From contig JBBQSW010000001.1 in NCBI GenBank assembly GCA_038213575.1, forward strand, positions 1 through 29,786: a stretch of DNA of 29,786 nucleotides, given 5' to 3'. Origin of the DNA: Chitinophagales bacterium. GTDB lineage: Bacteria; Bacteroidota; Bacteroidia; Chitinophagales; Saprospiraceae. Made by a program: the position numbers and the translations under genes. The notes below the pieces were generated by a model. It was not told where the DNA came from. It ran no database searches and worked only from the letters and a program-made list of their open reading frames with translations. This document shows positions 5,854-14,594 of the stretch, piece by piece. How positions within the stretch are numbered: position 1 is the first letter of the stretch; each line of letters starts with the position of its first letter.

Positions 5854-8058
5854 TTGAGCAACGCCGACAATACCCTTCCACGCCGCTACCCCGGACTGCG
5901 CCCTTTTGAGCGCAGCCAAAGCGCTGTGTTCCACGGAAGGCAAGAAGATATTGCCAGGCTCAGCAACCTCGTGCTCCGAGAGCGTCTGGTGGTGCTGTTC
6001 GCCAAATCTGGGATGGGCAAAACATCCCTTTTGCAGGCCGGCTGCGCGCCCGAACTTGAGCGACAGGATTTTGTGCCTGTGTTTCTTCGCACGGAACGGA
6101 GCGACCGCCCCCTGCTCAGCGGTATCGGTGAAATGTTGGAGAAAAACACCCATGTGGGTAGCAAAAACAGCACCGGATTGCGCTCTGGTGCAGCACAGAC
6201 TTTGTGGGAAAAAATGAAACGGCTCGAGTTCGACCTCAGTGGCCTTCCCGCTACCCCCGTACTAGTGCTCGACCAATTTGAAGAAGCATTCACACTTGCT
6301 CATACAGAAGAAAGCCGCAACCACTTCTTCAACGAACTGGCTGATCTTGCCAACGAGACCATGCCAGAAGCATTGCGAACCTCGCTTCTGGAGGATTTTG
6401 AGTACGGAAAAATAGATGTAGAAACCATGCAGTGGTGGGAACAACAGCCCAACGTGCGCATCGTGTTGAGCATCCGTTCCGATTTTCTCCACATGATTGA
6501 CCGGGTGAGCAAAAGTATCCCGGGTATCCTCCGCAACCGTTACGAATTGCAGCCGCTGAACCGCGATAAGGCCCGCACGGCGATCGTGAAACCCGCTGAA
6601 CAATTGGGTGACTACGCAAGCCAGCCTTTTCTTTATGCGCCTGCAGCTCTGGAAGAAATGTTGGATTTCCTTTCAGGGCACGATGCAACCGACGAAAATG
6701 AGGGCAAAGCATTGACCAAGTCAGAGGAAATTGAAGCCGTCAACCTACAGATAATTTGTCAGGATGTGGAGGAACGCATCATTGATTTCCAAAAGCCCGC
6801 AGGCTTTGAGGTGGATGGTCAGTTCTATGAAGGCAAAGAGGGATTGCGCAACTCAATCCGCAATTTTTATCAAAACCAACTTCGTCTTTTCCCCAAGGCT
6901 TATGTGGAGCGCATTTTGCAAAAAACACAGCAAGGTGCTCCCATCTCGTCCTTAGACAAGGCTTTGACAGCCAAACCAATGGGCGATCTCCGTGATACAG
7001 CTCGGCGCCTCATCGAAGAAAGCCTCATCACACCTGGCAATCGCCGGAACAGTGTGGTGGACGACACGCTTATCAGTGAATTCCAGGTATCGCCTGATTT
7101 CCTAGACACACTGGTGGATAAGAGCCGCCTGCTGCGCAAGGAACCTCGGCTTGACGATTTCTACTACGAAATCAGTCACGACACGCTTTTGCCTGCCATC
7201 ATCGAATCGCGCAATACCCGTCGTGACAAAGAACAAGCCGACCGCCAAAAAGCGGAATACCAAGATCAATTGGCCGAAGAAGCCAAACGCCGTGAGGCAA
7301 TGGAAGCCGAGCTTACGCTTACCCGTAGGCAGCGCAAATTGGCCCGCACGGTGGCAATCACTTCGCTGCTTTCATTGCTGGTTTGTTTGGGCTTTGCTAT
7401 TTGGTTCATCAACGAGTATGTGGACAATGCCAGAAGCCAACTCACCCAAGCTGAATTTTATGTCCACAACGAATTGTACAATGCAGCCGATCACGCATAC
7501 AGCGAACTGATTGCCCACCCTCGCCGCACCTGGATACTCGAACATACCAGACCGCACCAAGATGTGTGCGCGGAATATGAGTTGGTCAAAAAGTTCCACA
7601 TATCCTACAGTACGATAGACAGCAATTTCGTCTTTGCCGATTCCTCGATGCTGGTCAACAACTATGCTTTTGCGCTCCAACATTACCGACTTGCGGAAGA
7701 TTCCTTGGCAGTCTATCGCTCGCTCAATGCTCAATTTTCGCACGATACTTTGAACAATAAGTGGCGGGTGCGTCAGCAACTCATTGATTCAAAGGCGGAT
7801 TTGATTGGAAAACGTATTTATAATGCAAACCAAGCCCTAGTTCGCGAATTCAAAATCAGTCAGCGCGAATACGAGTCATTCGTCGAGGCCAAAGTATGGG
7901 GCCAAGCCCTGCGCAATCTCCGGCGCATGAAACAACTTTTGCCCGCGCACCCTTCCGACGAAATTGATTTGAAAAACGCACTGAAAATCAATGAGCTCCC
8001 CAGCGAATACGTCAAAAAGGAACTTGTGAAATGCGAGGCAAAGCTGCTAGGGCTGTAA
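5854..8058 (+). CDS. Membrane-anchored nSTAND1-type (novel STAND NTPase 1) ATPase with C-terminal helical/TPR-like domain
   Basis: RYPGLRPF...FHGRQED, Walker A LFAKSGMGKTSLLQAG, Walker B LVLDQFEE, SIRSDF, L.PL....A..AI..P, and YEISHD. A coiled coil and a TM helix (VAITSLLSLLVCLGFAIWFI) follow. TTG 5854 is the likely start (the ORF track extends to 5752). Confidence 0.88.
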   Translation: MSNADNTLPRRYPGLRPFERSQSAVFHGRQEDIARLSNLVLRERLVVLFAKSGMGKTSLLQAGCAPELERQDFVPVFLRTERSDRPLLSGIGEMLEKNTHVGSKNSTGLRSGAAQTLWEKMKRLEFDLSGLPATPVLVLDQFEEAFTLAHTEESRNHFFNELADLANETMPEALRTSLLEDFEYGKIDVETMQWWEQQPNVRIVLSIRSDFLHMIDRVSKSIPGILRNRYELQPLNRDKARTAIVKPAEQLGDYASQPFLYAPAALEEMLDFLSGHDATDENEGKALTKSEEIEAVNLQIICQDVEERIIDFQKPAGFEVDGQFYEGKEGLRNSIRNFYQNQLRLFPKAYVERILQKTQQGAPISSLDKALTAKPMGDLRDTARRLIEESLITPGNRRNSVVDDTLISEFQVSPDFLDTLVDKSRLLRKEPRLDDFYYEISHDTLLPAIIESRNTRRDKEQADRQKAEYQDQLAEEAKRREAMEAELTLTRRQRKLARTVAITSLLSLLVCLGFAIWFINEYVDNARSQLTQAEFYVHNELYNAADHAYSELIAHPRRTWILEHTRPHQDVCAEYELVKKFHISYSTIDSNFVFADSSMLVNNYAFALQHYRLAEDSLAVYRSLNAQFSHDTLNNKWRVRQQLIDSKADLIGKRIYNANQALVREFKISQREYESFVEAKVWGQALRNLRRMKQLLPAHPSDEIDLKNALKINELPSEYVKKELVKCEAKLLGL

Positions 8059-8176
8059 TGGTGATTGGTGGAATGGTGGATTGGTAGAATGGTGATTGTT
8101 GATTGGTGGACTGGTTGATTGGTTCTCGTGCTACCGAATCCACCAATCACCAGTCCACCAGTCCACCAATCACCCA
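8059..8176. repeat. Inverted array of 7/8-mer tandem repeats (GGTGATT/GGTGGATT versus AATCACC/AGTCCACC)
   Basis: About 8 G-rich units (8059-8123) are followed by about 5 complementary C-rich units (8138-8176), so a long hairpin can form. Confidence 0.8.
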
Positions 8177-8208
8177 TGCGCATCATGCTCTGAGACAAAC
8201 ATTTGGTT

Positions 8209-8934
8209 ATGATTCAAAAGCTACGCAACAAATTCACAAAAAAACTGCCCTACACCGATAGGTTTATCACAAGACTGCCCTCTTCAACCATGGGTTGTGG
8301 GATGTTGAACGAGGGGAATGTCTATTTGATGGACTATGCAATAAAGAATATGCCAGCGGGGAAATATGTTTTAGAAATTGGCTCCTGGGCAGGGTTATCC
8401 ACGAATTTGTTATTGCATCTTATGCAAAAACATGGTAGAAAGGAACAGTTTATTGGTTGCGATCCTTGGCTATATGGTTATAATAATTCCGAAGACGAGC
8501 ATGGATATTCCATTGAGGGTAGGGAAGATATAAGCAGAGCTCAATACATGGATTATATTAAAAAGGGGTTTATGGATTCTGTTTTGTTGTTCAATAAATC
8601 AAATCTGCCCTATACGTTTCACCTGAAATCAGATGAATTTTTTGAAAATTTCAATCAAAAATCTATCCTGACGGATGTTTTTGGAAGAAGCACAACGCTA
8701 GAGGGCCGTCTGTCTTTTTGCTATATTGATGGAAACCATAGCTATGAGCATGTAAAGCGAGATTTTGAAAATGCAAACAAACACTTGATAGTGAACGGCA
8801 TGATCCTATTCGATGATTCTTATGACGGCGCTCCATTTGGGAGCGCTCATTTTATGGATGAAATAAAGAAATTTCCACAGTTCAAAGTGATCGGCAAAAA
8901 CCCTAATTACTTAATACAGAAACTCAGCCAATAA
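8209..8934 (+). CDS. Class I SAM-dependent methyltransferase (Methyltransf_24-like)
   Basis: VLEIGSWAGLST, IGCDPW, LSFCYIDGNHSYEHVKRDF and GMILFDD. Visibly AT-rich. Confidence 0.9.
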   Translation: MIQKLRNKFTKKLPYTDRFITRLPSSTMGCGMLNEGNVYLMDYAIKNMPAGKYVLEIGSWAGLSTNLLLHLMQKHGRKEQFIGCDPWLYGYNNSEDEHGYSIEGREDISRAQYMDYIKKGFMDSVLLFNKSNLPYTFHLKSDEFFENFNQKSILTDVFGRSTTLEGRLSFCYIDGNHSYEHVKRDFENANKHLIVNGMILFDDSYDGAPFGSAHFMDEIKKFPQFKVIGKNPNYLIQKLSQ

Positions 8935-8946
8935 CCTGAAGCCATT

Positions 8947-10044
8947 ATGCGCTTACTCTGGCTCAGTCCGGGCTTTCCCGCTGACGAACAAGACCACAAT
9001 TGTCTTCCCACCTTGCAACTGTTGGCACGCACGCTTATTTCACAGGGCGTTGATTTACAAATCATAACACTCGGCTACCCATTTCACTCAGCGACCTATC
9101 GCTGGCATGAAATCCCGGTCGTTTCTGGTTTTGGATTTAATCGGCAATGGTTTCGTTGGCTCAACTGGTTTCGGGCAATTCGTTATGCCCAAGCGGCCCA
9201 CCGACAGCAAAAGTTCGATGTGATCCACAGTTTTTGGCTGGGGCCCACTTGGCTGATTGGTCAATACTTGCGTGCTTGTTGGAAGATTCCACATTACACG
9301 ACCCTTATGGGCCAAGATGTATTGCGCAGCAACTTGTACCGCCATTTCCTTCAAGCCCGACATACACAAGCGCTTGTAGCAGTCTCTGATTTTCAAAACA
9401 TGGCTTTTGAAAAAACGAAGGGCAAACGAGCGGCCCATACCATCCCTTGGGGTGTGAGCAGTGCCGAAATCCCCAACAGCTTGCCCGATCATCGTCCACT
9501 CGACATATTGGGCTGTGGCTCTTTTATACTTTTGAAAAACTGGGCGCTCTGGCTAGAAGTGATTGCAGAGGTGGCTACACAAAAACCCGATATCCAGGCC
9601 GAAATTATAGGCGATGGAGCAGATAGACCGCTTATTGAAAACCTCATCCAACAGGCTGGTTTAGAACACATTGTACGGCTAGTCGGACACCTTCCACGGG
9701 TGGAGGTTTTAGCCCGGATGCAGGAATCAAAAGTTTTCTTGCACACCGCCCAATTCGAATCGTTCGGGTTTGTACTGGCCGAAGCTGCCATGAACGGTTG
9801 CAGGGTAGTGAGCACACCCGTTGGGATTGCTCCGCAGATTTCGACGGTTGGAGACACGCTGGGGGCACTGGTGGAGCAAACGATGTTGGCTTTAGATCAG
9901 CCTTTGTTGAAGTGGCCGAATGCACCGGTTACGATGGAGTCGGTGGCCTGTAAATATCTCAATTTGTACAGTAAGAGCCCCAACACCGATGATTGCTCCA
10001 AGCCGGCTTTGCCGGGGAGTGTTCAAAAAGTATGGCACACCTAA
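8947..10044 (+). CDS. Glycosyltransferase family 4 (GT-B)
   Basis: DVIHSFW, IIGDG and VFLHTAQFESFGFVLAEAAMNGCRVVSTPVG (E-x7-E motif). Confidence 0.92.
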   Translation: MRLLWLSPGFPADEQDHNCLPTLQLLARTLISQGVDLQIITLGYPFHSATYRWHEIPVVSGFGFNRQWFRWLNWFRAIRYAQAAHRQQKFDVIHSFWLGPTWLIGQYLRACWKIPHYTTLMGQDVLRSNLYRHFLQARHTQALVAVSDFQNMAFEKTKGKRAAHTIPWGVSSAEIPNSLPDHRPLDILGCGSFILLKNWALWLEVIAEVATQKPDIQAEIIGDGADRPLIENLIQQAGLEHIVRLVGHLPRVEVLARMQESKVFLHTAQFESFGFVLAEAAMNGCRVVSTPVGIAPQISTVGDTLGALVEQTMLALDQPLLKWPNAPVTMESVACKYLNLYSKSPNTDDCSKPALPGSVQKVWHT

Positions 10045-10109
10045 ATTTGAGTGTTGATAATTAACGTGGGTTTTGGATAGCCTTTTCGGTAATGGAGTTT
10101 CAATAAAAA

Positions 10110-10260
10110 CCGCGTAGCGGTGTCATTTTGGTAGCCCGCAAGGGCGTTTGGGGAATAGGATCCGCGTAGCGGTGACATTATATCGCCGCAATAATGCCAC
10201 CGTTACGCGGTTCTGGAAAACAATGAACGCTGACGCTACCATAATGTCGCCGCGATGCGG
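10110..10260. repeat. BIME-like cluster of four REP-like units, consensus CCGCGTAGCGGTGACATTATGGTAGC
   Basis: Forward copies at 10110-10135 and 10162-10181, inverted copies at 10191-10210 and 10235-10260. Confidence 0.85.
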
Positions 10261-10480
10261 CTTTTTCATGAACACTCCCATTTGCCCGACAATACCAACG
10301 TATTCAGCAATCCAACCTTATAATTCCCCCTGGTCTTGTTTCACAATCGCAGCATTTTCAAGGCCCAAATTTTCTCCTTTTGCGTTATGCGCAACCAATG
10401 GATGTGACGGTGCTGCGGTGAGCTGAATGACCCATCCTCCGTAGAATGGGTTTCTTGGTGTGGAGAAGGGCTTTATTCCT

Positions 10481-10488
10481 TACCTTTG
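10481..10488 (+). promoter_or_regulatory. -7 element TACCTTTG (mnmG promoter)
   Basis: Matches the Bacteroidota TAnnTTTG consensus, 19 nt before the ATG. Confidence 0.65.
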
Positions 10489-10507
10489 CGCTCTTTTTTA
10501 TCCAATA

Positions 10508-12373
10508 ATGTTTCCAAAATACGACGTGATAGTAGTGGGCGCAGGACACGCAGGTTGCGAGGCAGCCGTTGCTGCCGCCAATCTGGGCTGCAAAGTCCTC
10601 TTGGCCACCATGAATATGCAGACCATCGGACAGATGAGCTGCAATCCCGCCATGGGCGGGGTGGCAAAAGGCCAGATTGTGCGCGAAGTGGATGCCCTGT
10701 GCGGATACTCGGGTATCATTACCGACCACACCGCCGTGCAATTTCGAATGCTCAACCGCTCCAAGGGTCCTGCCATGTGGAGTCCCAGGGCGCAAAGTGA
10801 TCGGATGCAGTTCGCTTCTAAATGGCGGCAAATGCTTGAAAATCACCCCAATATTGATTTTTGGCAAGAGATGGTGGGCGGACTTTTGGTGAAAAACGGA
10901 CGAGCATGTGGTGTGCGTACCAGCATGGGCTTAGAGATTGAAAGCGAGACCGTTGTGCTCACCAATGGCACTTTTTTGAACGGCATTATCCACATCGGCG
11001 AAAAAAAATTTGGTGGCGGGCGAGCGGGTGAAAGTGCAGCACGAGGCATCACCGAACAACTGGTGGAACTGGGTTTTGAGGCCGGGCGCATGAAAACCGG
11101 AACCCCCCCACGCCTTGACGGGCGCAGCCTCGATTATTCCAAAATGGAAATCCAGGATGGCGACAACCCACCAGGCAAATTTTCCTACACCGATACCCCG
11201 GCGCTCCAAAACCAACTCTGCTGCTGGAGCACTTACACGAATCAAAAAGTACACGACACGCTCCGCACGGGTTTTGACAAATCGCCCATGTTCAATGGGC
11301 GCATCCAAGGGGTAGGGCCGCGCTACTGCCCTAGCATCGAGGACAAGATTGACCGCTTCAGCGACAAGGACCGGCATCAACTTTTTGTCGAACCAGAAGG
11401 GAGAGACACGGTAGAGATTTATATCAACGGTTTTTCCAGTTCGCTGCCAGAAGATGTTCAATACAAGGCGCTTAAGTTGGTTCCAGGCTTGGAAAATGTC
11501 AAGATGTTTCGCCCCGGTTACGCTATTGAATACGATTATTTCCCGCCCACCCAACTGCAAACCACGCTGGAAACCAATTTGGTGAAAAACCTCTTTTTCG
11601 CCGGACAAATCAATGGCACCACGGGCTATGAAGAAGCGGCTTGTCAGGGCCTGATGGCTGGATTGAACGCCGCATTGGCTGCGAAAAACGAAGCCCCGGT
11701 CGTGCTGAAACGTTCCGAAGCCTATATTGGGGTGCTGATTGACGATCTGGTGAATAAAGGCACGGAAGAGCCTTACCGAATGTTCACCAGCCGAGCCGAA
11801 TACCGGATCTTGCTTCGGCAGGACAATGCGGATCTGCGGCTCACACCCATCGCCCATCGCTTGGGCTTGCAAGGCGCCGAGGAGCGTATGGTACGTGTTC
11901 ACGCAAAAAATAGAGCGGTAAAAGAAATTGACGCTTTTTTCCGCAATACCTCCGTCAACCCAGACGAGTTGAACGGTTATCTGCAAAGTGTAGATTCTGC
12001 GCTCATTGGTCAAAAAACAAAACTGCACAACATCCTGCTTCGGCCTCAGGTAGACATTCCAGGCATGGCGAAAGTATTGCCCGAGCTTGCTCGCTTTCTA
12101 GGTGCGTACGAGTCAGAATTTGTGGAAATGGCCGAAACCAACATCAAGTACGACGGCTACATCAAGAAGGAAGAAGAAATGGTATCGCGCATGGCAAGGC
12201 TTGAAGACCTTCAACTTCATGCTGATTTTGACTATTCCAGCATACACGGATTAAGCATTGAAGCAAAACAGAAACTGGCACACACCCGCCCAAGGACGAT
12301 TGGGCAGGCGAGCCGAATTTCTGGGGTGAACCCGGCGGATGTTAGTGTGTTGTTGGTGCATTTGGGGCGCTGA
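10508..12373 (+). CDS. mnmG: tRNA uridine-5-carboxymethylaminomethyl(34) synthesis enzyme MnmG/GidA
   Basis: [59 protein letters not shown] and [11 protein letters not shown]. Confidence 0.99.
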   Translation: MFPKYDVIVVGAGHAGCEAAVAAANLGCKVLLATMNMQTIGQMSCNPAMGGVAKGQIVREVDALCGYSGIITDHTAVQFRMLNRSKGPAMWSPRAQSDRMQFASKWRQMLENHPNIDFWQEMVGGLLVKNGRACGVRTSMGLEIESETVVLTNGTFLNGIIHIGEKKFGGGRAGESAARGITEQLVELGFEAGRMKTGTPPRLDGRSLDYSKMEIQDGDNPPGKFSYTDTPALQNQLCCWSTYTNQKVHDTLRTGFDKSPMFNGRIQGVGPRYCPSIEDKIDRFSDKDRHQLFVEPEGRDTVEIYINGFSSSLPEDVQYKALKLVPGLENVKMFRPGYAIEYDYFPPTQLQTTLETNLVKNLFFAGQINGTTGYEEAACQGLMAGLNAALAAKNEAPVVLKRSEAYIGVLIDDLVNKGTEEPYRMFTSRAEYRILLRQDNADLRLTPIAHRLGLQGAEERMVRVHAKNRAVKEIDAFFRNTSVNPDELNGYLQSVDSALIGQKTKLHNILLRPQVDIPGMAKVLPELARFLGAYESEFVEMAETNIKYDGYIKKEEEMVSRMARLEDLQLHADFDYSSIHGLSIEAKQKLAHTRPRTIGQASRISGVNPADVSVLLVHLGR

Positions 12374-12395
12374 AGCGCCATTGCTAAAAAAACTT

Positions 12396-12424
12396 TTTGT
12401 ATTAAAAATCGAGGCTTACATTTG
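12396..12424 (+). promoter_or_regulatory. Putative promoter of the R-M operon (TTTG-17 nt-TACATTTG)
   Basis: -33/-7 match at near-canonical spacing. Confidence 0.5.
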
Positions 12425-12484
12425 TGACTATAAAATCATTTCCCCGCGAGAAATGAAATATTACAGTTGAGTTGGGTTTTCAGT

Positions 12485-13702
12485 ATGGCAAACAGAACTT
12501 CAAAATATAATGTGATTTCATTGTTTTCAGGAGCAATGGGTTTAGATATTGGACTTGAAAAGGCAGGCTTACACACAGCTGTTTGTGTTGAAATGAATAA
12601 ACTTGCTTGCGAAACGATTAGAACAAATACATCTATTCCTGTTATAGAAAATGACATTACAAAAGTTACGACTGAAGAAATCTTACAGACGGCTAATCTA
12701 AAGAAAGAAGAAGTTTTTATGGTAGTCGGGGGGCCACCTTGCCAAGCGTTCAGTACTGCAGGGAAGCGACTTTCATTGCAAGATTTTCGAGGGAATGTGA
12801 TTGTTAATTACCTCAGGGTGGTTGAAGAGATAAGCCCTCCTTATTTTATTCTTGAGAATGTGCGGGGTATTTTATCAACCCCACTTAATGCAGTTCCGAT
12901 AGAATATGAGAGCGAATACAATACCGTGGTTGAAATGCCTGGAAGTGTAGTTTATTTTTTATGGAACGAGTTTCAGAAATTGGGCTACGATATCAGTTTC
13001 GGGTTGTTCAATAGCGCAAATTATGGGGTACCACAGATTAGGGAACGGGTTATTATTTTTGGAAGTAAGAATGGAAGAATCCCATTGCCGAACCCAACAC
13101 ACAGCGAGACAGGGTTTGAAACTGGCATGAAGTGGGTCACTATCGCGGAGGCATTTGAAAACCTTGGAAAGCAAGAACAGTATCTTGAAATTCCACAGCG
13201 AATAAAAAAATTTCTTGTTCATATTAAGGAAGGTGAAAACTGGACTGACTTACCTGCTAATGTAAAAGCAGAGGCAATGGGAAAATCCATAGATTTGAGT
13301 GGCGGAAGAACAGGATTTTACCGCAGATTATCCTTCAACAGACCATCCCCAACTTTGCTAACAAGTCCGATAATGAACGCAACCTTATTGGCACATCCTA
13401 CAGAGATGCGCTCCCTATCTGTTCAAGAGTATGCAAGGATTCAACAATTTCCCGACAGTTGGAAACTACAAGGAAAACCTACAGACCTATTTAAACAAAT
13501 CGGCAACGCAGTCCCAACTGGGCTAGGTTATATCGCTGGAAAGACAATTCTAGATTTTCACCATGGCGACTTTGACCCCCAAAGAGAAAAACGGAATAGA
13601 GTTCCATATTCGAGGTATTTAGGTTGTTCGGACTTTCAATTTATTCCGACTTTCAAAAAAAATTTACAAAAGAGTAGTCAAAAACAACTTATCTTTTCAT
13701 GA
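12485..13702 (+). CDS. DNA (cytosine-5) methyltransferase, type II R-M
   Basis: Motifs I (LFSGAMGLDIG), IV (GGPPCQAFS), VI (ENV), VIII (QIRER), IX (RSLSVQEYARIQQFP) and X (QIGNAVP). Confidence 0.97.
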   Translation: MANRTSKYNVISLFSGAMGLDIGLEKAGLHTAVCVEMNKLACETIRTNTSIPVIENDITKVTTEEILQTANLKKEEVFMVVGGPPCQAFSTAGKRLSLQDFRGNVIVNYLRVVEEISPPYFILENVRGILSTPLNAVPIEYESEYNTVVEMPGSVVYFLWNEFQKLGYDISFGLFNSANYGVPQIRERVIIFGSKNGRIPLPNPTHSETGFETGMKWVTIAEAFENLGKQEQYLEIPQRIKKFLVHIKEGENWTDLPANVKAEAMGKSIDLSGGRTGFYRRLSFNRPSPTLLTSPIMNATLLAHPTEMRSLSVQEYARIQQFPDSWKLQGKPTDLFKQIGNAVPTGLGYIAGKTILDFHHGDFDPQREKRNRVPYSRYLGCSDFQFIPTFKKNLQKSSQKQLIFS

Positions 13703-13750
13703 GAACCCCACTTGGCACCTATAAAATATATTTATTTAACCTATAGAACT

Positions 13751-14485
13751 ATGAACCAGATAGATTTAAAAAGTGTACAGCAATATGTTGAGGCTAATAT
13801 CAGTTCATTTCATGATAAACGAATTGCGAGTCTCCAAGGTCTCAAGCTAAAAACTGTACTCCAAAAGAAAAATCCCTACCTATTTCGTGCAAAATATTTA
13901 TTGACAGCCGAACAAATCGTTCGCAGTCTGACAGACGCTTTTATTTCTTCAAATGAAGAAACGATATTTGGTGACTGGTTAGAAGGTTTGGCTACATTTA
14001 TCAACAACAAAGTTTTTGGAGGTCGTAAGTCTGGAATAAATGGTGTTGACTTAGAATTTGACAAAGACGGGATTCGATATATTGTAAATATCAAATCTGG
14101 CCCTAATTGGGGTAATGCGAGTCAGATTAAAAAAATGAGTACTGATTTCAAAGCTGCTGGTAAAACTTTGAGAACTAGTGGTTCTGGACTGCAAGTTATT
14201 GCTGTAAATGGGTGTTGCTATGGCCGCAATAAAAACCCTGACAAAGGTGATTGTTTTAAATATTGCGGCCAGCAATTTTGGGAATTTATATCAGGTGATA
14301 CAAATTTATTTACGGAAATCATTGAACCATTAGGCTATAAATCCAAAGAAAAAAATGATTCATTTTCAGAGGCCTACGCAAAGATGATAAACTTATTTAC
14401 ATTAGAGTTTGCCACTGACTTTTGCACCACCGATGGTTCTATCGACTGGTCAAAATTGGTTCGATTTAACTCTGAAAAAAAATAA
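13751..14485 (+). CDS. Type II restriction endonuclease, PmeII/EcoO109I-like family
   Basis: KNPYLF...SSNEETIFGDWLE...GVDLEF...IKSGPNWGN...GQQFWEFISG...DGSIDWSKLV, directly downstream of the MTase. Confidence 0.88.
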   Translation: MNQIDLKSVQQYVEANISSFHDKRIASLQGLKLKTVLQKKNPYLFRAKYLLTAEQIVRSLTDAFISSNEETIFGDWLEGLATFINNKVFGGRKSGINGVDLEFDKDGIRYIVNIKSGPNWGNASQIKKMSTDFKAAGKTLRTSGSGLQVIAVNGCCYGRNKNPDKGDCFKYCGQQFWEFISGDTNLFTEIIEPLGYKSKEKNDSFSEAYAKMINLFTLEFATDFCTTDGSIDWSKLVRFNSEKK

Positions 14486-14594
14486 GCAAACGCTCAATCC
14501 CTGAGTCAGTTGTAGTCAGCAATAAGATAGGGAATCACCCCATTAACTTGACCAAGAGACAGGAATTCCCTTTCTTCACCCCAAAATTTTCTCC

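Noticed and set aside
5854-8058. Calling the STAND protein an Avs antiphage system
   Set aside because: No effector domain, it has nSTAND1-type motifs with a TM anchor, and it is not in a defence island.
10148-10426. 92-aa ORF over the REP cluster
   Set aside because: It reads through palindromic repeats and lacks protein-like features.
10931-12028. 365-aa ORF antisense to mnmG
   Set aside because: A typical antisense shadow of a conserved gene.
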